The translations under genes and the position numbers were made by a program. The notes under the pieces were generated by a model. That model was not told where the DNA came from, did not search any database, and worked only from the letters and a program-made list of their open reading frames with translations. From Perkinsela sp. CCAP 1560/9 (taxonomy: Eukaryota; Protista; Euglenozoa: Kinetoplastea), in NCBI GenBank assembly GCA_965644495.1, contig CBFFSA010000044.1, positions 1-64,000 of the forward strand: 64,000 nt of DNA. Direction: 5' to 3'. Below are positions 1 through 8,500 of the stretch, piece after piece. Every line of letters starts with the position of its first letter. Position 1 is the stretch's first letter.

Positions 1-190
1 TCTTTCTTCCTCTTTCTTCCTCTTTCTTCCTCTTTCTTCCTCTTTCTTCCTCTTTCTTCCTCTTTCTTCCTCTTTCTTCCTCTTTCTTCCTCTTTCTTCC
101 TCTTTCTTCCTCTTTCTTCCTCTTTCTTCCTCTTTCTTCCTCTTTCTTCCTCTTTCTTCCTCTTTCTTCCTCTTTCTTCCTCTTTCTTCC
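1..190. repeat. Perfect (TCTTTCTTCC)n 10-bp tandem repeat, 19 units, open at window edge
   Basis: Read directly from the sequence; abuts retroelement coding sequence at 191 with no poly(A) or spacer. Confidence 0.97.
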
Positions 191-828
191 ACCCATGTAC
201 AGCAACAAAAATATACGGACTCAGTCCGTGACGCTAACGGGGTGACGGCCGGGTCATTTGCGGAGCGCTATGCTACCGAAAACAAGAGAAGACAACGGGA
301 AGAGGCTAACACGGCTGGGTACAAGTTCGCGGCAATGGTAGTAGAGTCCTATGGCGCCTGGAGTCCCAGCGCCATGGCGGTTCTTAGGGAAATTTCAACT
401 AGAAAGTCGGCGAACTCAGGGGATACCCTCCCTAAAAGCGATGCCTTGCATCACCTCCTTTCATCTCTCAACATTACCCTCATGAGGTCGCAAGCTCGCA
501 TGCTTGTATTACGATCCCCAGCGGCGGGCCCTGACACAGTGCTCTTAGGTTACGGAAAAGAGGAGTAGGAGCTCAGTAGGAAAGTGAAGGAGTCGGTGTC
601 AAGGGAGGAGGCCTCGTTTCTATTTGCTGGTTTTTCTCGGGTGGTTTCTTTTTGGGGCTTTGGGTATTCGTTTTTTTGGGGAAGGTTTTTTTTTTTTGGG
701 GGGTGGGAACGGGTTCTTATTTGCTGTTTTTTGGGCCGTTTGCTCGGTTGAACATTCTTTTACTTTTCGTACAGTTGCTTGTTTCTATTCTGAGCCTAAC
801 TTTAAAAAGTATCTAAAAAAAAAAAAAA
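191..828 (+). mobile_element. 5'-truncated family E retrotransposon fragment (RLE C-terminus to stop at 568, T-rich 3' UTR, poly(A))
   Basis: Near-identical to 58877-59495; encodes ...AGSFAE...VVESYGAWS...LNITLMRSQAR. Confidence 0.92.
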
Positions 829-1085
829 GTAGTAAGTGTCTAGCAAAAAAAAGGACTCCACTCTTTCGGCCGAAGAAAAATTTCAGAAACTACGAGAATT
901 GCATCCTGATGGGCCCCAAAAAAAAAAAAAAAAAAAAAAAAAGGCTAATATCGGGTCAAATGCCCCGGAAGGGGGTTATAATTTTCAAAAAAAAAAAAAA
1001 AAAAATTCTAACACACACTTTCATTCAAATATTTTCATCGCATTCAAACGAACACAGAATTTAGGCAAAAAAAAAAAAAAAAAAA
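829..1085 (+). other. Chain of four short fragments, each followed by an oligo/poly(A) run
   Basis: 16-65 nt pieces separated by A runs; one encodes DSTLSAEEKFQKLRELHPDGP, resembling DSALPLWEKVDKLRDLHPKGP in family F. Confidence 0.75.
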
Positions 1086-1092
1086 CTTAGAT

Positions 1093-1128
1093 ACTTAACG
1101 ATAAAGATACAGTTTCTGTACCTTGTTG
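1093..1128 (+). other. Spliced-leader exon copy at 5' end of family A
   Basis: Contains the kinetoplastid/diplonemid SL core CAGTTTCTGTAC and ends TTG; followed by an AT-rich UTR, not a GT donor. Confidence 0.9.
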
Positions 1129-1174
1129 AATTATTTTCTTTATTTCATCTTTTCCAGGTACGCGGTTCTTTCTC

Positions 1175-4100
1175 ATGTCTGAAGACGATCTTCTCAAAGC
1201 CTCACCTCCGCCGATGGACGACGATTCATTTTTACAAGAGGAAGCAGTACACAATAGAGGATCCTGGGACCAGTTTGCTGGAAACGCACATCTCATTAAG
1301 CAACGGAGTACGTATAACGAATTGCTCTACACGACCCCTATTCCTGCGAACATTCCGGAAGAATGGAACATGAACGCCGCCTTGATCTCAACTGAGAACC
1401 AGACACGTGATACGGGACAGGTAGATAGTAGCGATGAGGAAACAAACCACTCACGAGTCATCAGATTACATCATGGACACCAAAAAATGCAATCTGATAG
1501 TAACACTATCACTAAAAAGTTTACTCGATGCCAACCATCTTCCACACCCCCAAGCGTCAAAGGGAATCGGGGAATCGTAAAGTCTCATCGAAAAGCGCGC
1601 GAACCAGCTACACCTCGAAAAGGGGAAGCGACGGAACATAACCCCGAAAACAACTCTCCACGCCAAATAATACAAGGAACTTCCCTTGAAATCCCACCTT
1701 CGACGAGCGAACCAGTTCTCACGTTTCCATCTTCCCAAAACCGTCCGACACAAAGGGAGTGCCCCGCAGAAAACTGTATTTGGAAAACTCGTGCCCATGG
1801 AGGTCAATGGCAGTCGTACTACAACCACGTTGCTTACCGACACGGAAATAACATACCCAATGACTGGTGGACAAAGGAAGGACGATTTCTCTGCGACGCA
1901 TGCGGTCGTCATTACGATATTAGCAAGAAAACTTCTCATTTGAATCATTGTAAAATGCAATCTACACCGCCCTCCTCGCAGCCGCCCTCACAACCACAGC
2001 AGCCTTCACAGCTGTCAGAGTCCGGAGAAGCCATGTACGATATGCAAGGTACGCATAGTCTACCGTCCCTAGAGGAAGTTTGCACGACCCAAATAAGCAC
2101 GTGCAAGGATGTCCCACACCGATGTCGATATCTGTGGACCAGAATTTTTACCGCAGCCCTCTCCACCGCGGTAAACGAAAACTCACTGAGAGCCTGGACC
2201 CTTCTTGCCTTGCTTCCGAAATGCGTCCTACCAGCCCCGTACCGAGGAGGCCGTAAAGCTCACAAGTCCTATACCTCCTACATCTCAAAGCGAATGGAAC
2301 TTTGGATACAAGGCCAATATACCACCCTATGGGCCCAAGCAAATTCGGAGCATGACAGGAAGCGCTCAAAAGTGCCGAATAATGAGATTGAGGGTGAAGA
2401 AGACAAGGCTGCAATACGGGCTGAAATTCTGGTTCGCCAAGGAGAATTTTCCCGAGGCATGGCTGCCCTTACTGCAGCTCCACTTGCACCATACAGCGAG
2501 GAAACCCTGCTAAAGCTGCAGGAAAAACACCCTAGCCCCCATGGTAATCCCATCTCGTGCCCCCTACCTCCCCTGGAAGAAGAAGCTTTAAAACTGGACG
2601 AATCCGAGGTAAGAAAAGCAGTAGATACCTTCCGTCGCGGATCCTCTGCTGGGACTATGGGGCTCCGGCCTGAACACCTCCAAACAGCGCTTCAAGAGCA
2701 CGTCGACCAGAATATGAATCCTCTTACGACGCTCACTTCCTTCGTAAACCATCTTCTAGCTGGCAAAGCCCCAGACGAAGTGCAACCTTTTTTTGCAGGG
2801 GCACGGCTATGCGCACTCGAAAAAGGGGAAGATGACGTGCGGCCTATCGCTGCGGGGGAAACCCTTAGACGCCTGGTGAGCAAGGCAGTATGCCTTTCGA
2901 TAAAAGAAAAAGCAGGATCCTTCTTTGGACGTCGTCAATACGGAGTCGCAGCGTCTGCTGGGGCGGAAAGAGTGATACACCTTTGTCGCCGTCTAATGAG
3001 AAATAATGAAGAAAATGAGAACATAACGTTCTGTAAGGTGGATCTTCGGAACGCCTTTAATAACGTGAGCCGACCCGTCTTCATCTTCCTCACACGAAAG
3101 CATTTCCCTGAACTATCCCCATGGGTAGAATGGTGTTATGCCAATCATAGCTGTCTTACATTCGGCGATGATTTTATCCCCTCGGCAGAAGGAGTGCAAC
3201 AAGGAGACCCTCTGGGCCCACTCCTCTTCTCTTTGGTGTTAGCAGAGGTAACAGAAGAAATTGCATCAAATTCTAACCTACGAACACAATTATGGTATTT
3301 AGATGACGGTGTGCTTGTAGGTGATCCCAAAGAAGTCCGTAAAGCCCTAGACGTCCTCGACGAGATAGGACCGAAGTGGGGACTCTTCCTGAATCTCTCC
3401 AAGTGCGAGATCATTACCCCCCCAGCATCAGCTCATACCTCCGTTTTCTTTCCTGACATCCCCAGTGATAAAATACGGTACGACGGGAACTTCGACATTC
3501 TTGGAAGCCCAATAGGCTCTGCGGAACACTGTGCGGAGTTTCTCATGACACACGCGATTGAACCAGCCCGCGAAACATTAGAAGCTACTGCTGTGTTAGA
3601 AGATCCCCAAATAGCTCTCGCACTAATACGGCAATGTTCGGGGTTTTGTCAGATGGTGTACGCACTGCGCACCACTCCTCCCCAAGCCCTTGGAGAATTA
3701 TGCCAAAAACTTGACTCTCATCTAGTCCAGGCCGTGGAGCACGCAATTTCTCCCTTAGGCGTCGCCGCTCGCGACCAAATACAACGACCAAAACGCCACG
3801 GCGGGTTCGGACTTCGCTCATCAATTCTCCACCAGTCAGCAGCCTACGTTTCTTCCGTCGCGCACGCCGCTAGCTTGGACAACTGGGACCCCACAGAAGC
3901 TGAGGGATTTTCCAGCTCAGCACATGACATAAATGACAAAGTTGGGACTGATCTGGTTGATCCATACACTGGACGCATTACCAAACCTAGTGTGCCTGGT
4001 GAATATCATGCAAATCGGAGCATCCTTTCCCGCCCAGCGAAAAGAAAACTCGCACTATCCCTCAATCACTCCCTTCTCCCGGTCTCGACGGATCAGGAAA

Positions 4101-4975
4101 AGATCATCCCGAGGCAAAAACATCTCAGCCAAGCTATCTCGGATAGGGAATTTCAAACGGCATATTCAAAGGCAGACGCAAGAACGCGGGCGCGATGGAT
4201 CTCGCAGTCCGGAAAAGGGGCCGGAAACTGGGCTTTCGCAACTCCCTCCAAGACCAGAGGCTACGCTTTCACTCACACGGAGTTTCGTACCCTAACACGC
4301 TGGTGGCTAGGCATGGGCGTCTTCCCCGAAGATCGGCCTTGCCCAGCTGACGGGTGCACCCTTCCCTTGCTCAAGAATGGAGAGCACGCTTTGCTCTGCA
4401 AGAACGGCCATGGTATCATCTCACGGCACAACGCTCTGGCCCAACAATTTACATCGTTCTGCAGCAGGGCCTTCCTGGCGCCACAGAGAGAGAAGAGTTT
4501 GGGAAATCGGGGTCCTGGGGGGGCTCTCACGAGACCAGCGGACGTATTTCTGCCAACGGCCTCCATCGCCAAAGGATCTTTAGCGCAAGGCATGGTCCTA
4601 GATTTTGCGGTCACTCACGCACAGCAAACAAAGTATTCGGACTCAGTCCACAATGCTAGCTGGGTGACCCCGGGGTCTTTTGCTGAGCACTTCGCGGAGA
4701 CCAAGGCGCGACAGCGACAAGAAGCAGAAAAAGCAGGACATCTCTTCACAGCGATGGTAGTGGAATCCTTTGGTTCCTGGAGCGAGAGTGCGCTAGCGTT
4801 ACTCCGGGACATCGGAACCCAACGGGCGAATGCGTCCAAAGGGCTCCTTTCACGAGACCAAGCGCGAAACGATCTCCTAACGGATCTGAACGTGACGCTA
4901 ATGCGTTCTCAAGCCAGGATGATGGTTTCGCGCATCCGCGTAGAGGACCCAGCGGATCCTTTGGTAGAGGCTTAA
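1175..4975 (+). CDS. Family A polyprotein: LsmAD-like, zinc fingers, reverse transcriptase, CCHC, RLE endonuclease (1266 aa)
   Basis: RPIAAGE, KVDLRNAFN, GVQQGDPLGP, WYLDDG, GGFGL, CPADGC..HALLC, RHN, RPADV..LDFAV motifs. Confidence 0.95.
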   Translation: MSEDDLLKASPPPMDDDSFLQEEAVHNRGSWDQFAGNAHLIKQRSTYNELLYTTPIPANIPEEWNMNAALISTENQTRDTGQVDSSDEETNHSRVIRLHHGHQKMQSDSNTITKKFTRCQPSSTPPSVKGNRGIVKSHRKAREPATPRKGEATEHNPENNSPRQIIQGTSLEIPPSTSEPVLTFPSSQNRPTQRECPAENCIWKTRAHGGQWQSYYNHVAYRHGNNIPNDWWTKEGRFLCDACGRHYDISKKTSHLNHCKMQSTPPSSQPPSQPQQPSQLSESGEAMYDMQGTHSLPSLEEVCTTQISTCKDVPHRCRYLWTRIFTAALSTAVNENSLRAWTLLALLPKCVLPAPYRGGRKAHKSYTSYISKRMELWIQGQYTTLWAQANSEHDRKRSKVPNNEIEGEEDKAAIRAEILVRQGEFSRGMAALTAAPLAPYSEETLLKLQEKHPSPHGNPISCPLPPLEEEALKLDESEVRKAVDTFRRGSSAGTMGLRPEHLQTALQEHVDQNMNPLTTLTSFVNHLLAGKAPDEVQPFFAGARLCALEKGEDDVRPIAAGETLRRLVSKAVCLSIKEKAGSFFGRRQYGVAASAGAERVIHLCRRLMRNNEENENITFCKVDLRNAFNNVSRPVFIFLTRKHFPELSPWVEWCYANHSCLTFGDDFIPSAEGVQQGDPLGPLLFSLVLAEVTEEIASNSNLRTQLWYLDDGVLVGDPKEVRKALDVLDEIGPKWGLFLNLSKCEIITPPASAHTSVFFPDIPSDKIRYDGNFDILGSPIGSAEHCAEFLMTHAIEPARETLEATAVLEDPQIALALIRQCSGFCQMVYALRTTPPQALGELCQKLDSHLVQAVEHAISPLGVAARDQIQRPKRHGGFGLRSSILHQSAAYVSSVAHAASLDNWDPTEAEGFSSSAHDINDKVGTDLVDPYTGRITKPSVPGEYHANRSILSRPAKRKLALSLNHSLLPVSTDQEKIIPRQKHLSQAISDREFQTAYSKADARTRARWISQSGKGAGNWAFATPSKTRGYAFTHTEFRTLTRWWLGMGVFPEDRPCPADGCTLPLLKNGEHALLCKNGHGIISRHNALAQQFTSFCSRAFLAPQREKSLGNRGPGGALTRPADVFLPTASIAKGSLAQGMVLDFAVTHAQQTKYSDSVHNASWVTPGSFAEHFAETKARQRQEAEKAGHLFTAMVVESFGSWSESALALLRDIGTQRANASKGLLSRDQARNDLLTDLNVTLMRSQARMMVSRIRVEDPADPLVEA

Positions 4976-5023
4976 GCCTCTACTGACAGTCCAGTTTCAG
5001 CACGAAGACGCCATAATATCCAG

Positions 5024-5262
5024 GACGGGTGCTGGCCGGGTCGACAGAGTCTATACTCACGCCTAGCCCGCGAGGGCTAGGTACCCCAAGTGAGGTAGTA
5101 CACGGGTAGTGAATCTCCTCCCCGTCGGTCAGCATCCTGTTTCGCGACCGTGTCGCTGTCGACACAGGCCCGCGCCTGCGCCCTCCCATATAGCAAGGGA
5201 AGGGTTCACAAGTCAGGCCGTGGAGTGGTCGAAAGACCCGGTCCGGAACGCGCGAATGGATT
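5024..5262 (+). ncRNA. Conserved structured RNA in family A 3' UTR (unknown class)
   Basis: Several hairpins with GNRA loops; compensatory changes relative to the family B and C copies. Confidence 0.75.
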
Positions 5263-5508
5263 GGGCGTGGATTGCTTCCTTTTTTATTATTATTGTTATC
5301 AGAATCATAAATAACTTAAGGCAGGTTGAATTACTAGTTTTGGGCTACAACATGTGAAATTGCTAATTTGATTGCTTGTTTACAAATCATATACCCCCCC
5401 CAATGGACCTTCATGGTTCATGTATTGGGTAATATAGAGGCAATGCCGCTTTTCATACTTCTCCCCCCTTAAAAAAAAAAAAAAAAACGATAAAGATACG
5501 TTAAAGAT

Positions 5509-5545
5509 ACTTTAACGATAAAGATACAGTTTCTGTACCTTGTTG
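5509..5545 (+). other. Spliced-leader exon copy at 5' end of family B
   Basis: ACTTTAACGATAAAGATACAGTTTCTGTACCTTGTTG. Confidence 0.9.
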
Positions 5546-5588
5546 AATTTTTTTTTTACGTAGTATTCTCTCGGGGCCCAGCTCTTTT

Positions 5589-8500
5589 ATGACGCAAACC
5601 AATACTCCTCAGAGCCCCGCACGCTCGAACGAGGACCACCCCTCATTCCATATGAGTGCAAAGGAAGGAGCTCTCAGCGTAGGCGCTCTCGCCGACGAAG
5701 AACGTGCGCACTCTCTCGGCAGTTGGGACCAATTCCAAGGAAACAAGCATTTGATTCGCGCTGTCAGCACATACGACGAACAACTCTACACTACACCAAT
5801 CCCGGCGAATATTCCTAAGGAATGGTTGGAACGCGCACGTCACATCTCCCAGGAAAAGGAAACCCCAGACACGGGCCACGTAGAGGCCGAAGACGAGGAG
5901 ATGCAGCACTGTGGGGTGAGAAGGCAGAAAATTACTCACGAGGCTACACCCACATCAAAGATCCCCGATGAAGCTCGGACGCTCAAATCCGCAGTGAAGG
6001 ATGCTCTTTCCCACCAAGGTCGAAACACTTCCCCATCGAAAGGAGTTACCAAAGCGGACTCGCGCTCGTCAAGGCGAACACCGGAGCCCCGGACATATTT
6101 CTCTTCACCGCGACACGCCGCAAACCAAAATAACTTCGCTGAAAAGACACAAACAAGAGAAGAGACTCGGGAATGTCCGGCCATGGGATGCACTTGGAGA
6201 AGTCTGCCGCACGGAGGGTCTTGGCAAGCGTTTTATAACCACGTCGCGTGTCGCCACGGAAACGGAGTTCCCGCTACCTGGTGGGATGCAGAAGGCCGAT
6301 TTCTTTGCAACTTATGCGGGCGCCATTATGACATCAACAAAAGGGAAGCTCATCCACAAGCCTGCAAAGGGAACGTTGCGAACCCCCAAATCCCATCGCG
6401 CGCAGCACACTCGAGCGACCCAAGCCACCTTCCGGGGACTCAAACTCATCACTCTGAACTTCCCTCGCTATCCTCTATCTGCACGCTGCGCCTGAACACT
6501 TGCAAGGACGTGCCTCCACGTTGCCGTCAACTGTGGGGAGAAATTATCACCAAAGCAGCCCAAAACGCAGTCACCGAAAACTCTACAGCCGCGTGGACCC
6601 TATTCGCCATGCTCCCCAAGTGCTTACTACCCGCCCCACACCGAGGAGGACGTAAGAACCACACAACTTACGCATCATACGTCCAGAAGTGCATGAACCG
6701 ATGGCTCGCGCAAGATTATGTCTCCCTATGGAATGAAGCAGTAGACAACGCACTCAAGAAACAATCTGTAGCCCCTACAACCGTTCACGACGAAGAGGAA
6801 AAGGCAGCTATCCGAGCAGAGCTTCTAGCTCGACAAGGCGAGTACTCTAGGGGTATGGCTGCACTCACGGCGGATGCTATGGCGCCTGACGACGAAGACA
6901 CACTCCTCAAACTTCAGAGCAAGCACCCGCCCCGACATCCAGACAGTGACATCATCGACTATACGCCTCCGCCCACAGCGCCCCTAATAATGGATGAACC
7001 CGTGGTAGCGAAAACTATCAAGAGCTTTCACCGGGGTTCCTCGTCCGGAACCATGGGTTTACGACCCGAGCACTTGCAAGCTGTACTCCTGGCGCACGTA
7101 GATAACACCGTGAAACCCCTTACTGCCCTTAAAAACCTCGTGAATCATCTACTAGCCGGGAAAGAACCCCTAGAGGTACAACCATATTTTGCGGGAGCCA
7201 GACTTTGCGCGCTTGAAAAGGGCGAAAATGACGTCCGCCCCATAGCAGCGGGAGAAACGATACGTCGATTGGTAAGCAAAGCGGCTTGCAATGCAGTGAG
7301 GAGCAAAGCCAGGGAATTTTTTAAGGGACTACAGTTCGGCGTCGCGACACCGGCCGGTTCGGAACGAATAATTCACACTTGCCGGCACGCAATGACAATT
7401 CATACGGACAACCCCGACATGGTATTATGTAAAGTCGACCTAAGCAACGCATTCAACAACGTTAGCAGAGCAACTTTCTTGAAACTTGTAGGCGAACATT
7501 TTCCGGAATTGTTCCCCTGGGCTAGCTGGTGCTATACGACAACTAGTGCTTTGACCTATCGTGACCACACACTCCTTTCGGATGAAGGCGTCCAACAGGG
7601 CGATCCCCTGGGACCACTTTTCTTTTCACTGGTCTCCTTGGAACTTGCAAAAGAAATCTATCACCAGGCCGACCTGGACTTGCAGCTATGGTACCTAGAC
7701 GACGGGATTCTCATTGGCAGGGCAGAAGACGTCAGGAATTCGTTGGATACAATCGCCAGAGTAGGTCCGCGATGGGGCCTATATCTGAACATGTCCAAGT
7801 GCGAAATAATCACCCCCCCTGCCTCGGCTAACGTTGTAACCATATTTCCGGACATACCCGACGCCAAAATAAACGTGTGCGGTAACTTTAGTGTCCTAGG
7901 AAGCCCAATTGGGTCCCCTGAGTACTGTACTGAATATCTGCTGACACACGCGGTTGAGCCCGCTGAAATGGCCCTTGATGCCATAACCAGAATCCGGGAC
8001 CCCCAGGTAGCCATGGCGCTAATTCGACAATGTGCTGGATTCTGCAAATTGGTACATGCTCTACGAACGACGCCCCCGCAATCAGTTATGAACCTCTGCA
8101 AGCGGCTCGACGACTTCCTAATGCACGCGGTCGAATCCACTCTATGTCCTTTGCCTCCCTCCGCACGCGCCCAAATTCAGCGCTTGAAAAGACACGGAGG
8201 TTTCGGTTTAAAATCGGCGACCGTGCACGCATCCTCCGCTTACGCCTCCTCTGTAGTTTTCGCGGCGGCCACGGACTCATGGGATGCTTCAGAAGTGGAG
8301 GGCTTTCTACAATCGATTGAAGACGTGAATTCGAAAGTTGGTATCAGTCTACTCGACTCAAACGGACTCGTGCGTTCCATCCCGCGCCATAAATGTGAAG
8401 AACTCTCCCCCAAAGCTCGCTTCACCAAGAGATCTCGCGAGGGAGAAACCAGACATCCCTTTGAACCCGCAAATCCGCCTTCCCTTCCTCGTGACCGCGC

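Larger units (their letters stand above)
1086..5487 (+). mobile_element. Full-length family A non-LTR retrotransposon (SL to poly(A))
   Basis: SL at 5' end, intact single ORF, structured 3' UTR, terminal module, poly(A) 5471-5487. Confidence 0.95.

Noticed and set aside
1093-1128. SL RNA (mini-exon) gene array as the insertion target
   Set aside because: No SL copy is followed by a GT donor or a common intron; each leads into an element-specific UTR.
5200-5265. HDV-like ribozyme suggested by the GCGAATGG ending; SRP or RNase P suggested by GGTCCGGAA and GGGAAAGGTCC
   Set aside because: I could not build the required nested pseudoknot or the other conserved regions; the similarities are only a few nucleotides.
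5109-5357. Small ORF in the 3' UTR shared by A, B and C
   Set aside because: Non-ATG starts and divergent ends; the substitution pattern fits RNA base-pairing better than coding.
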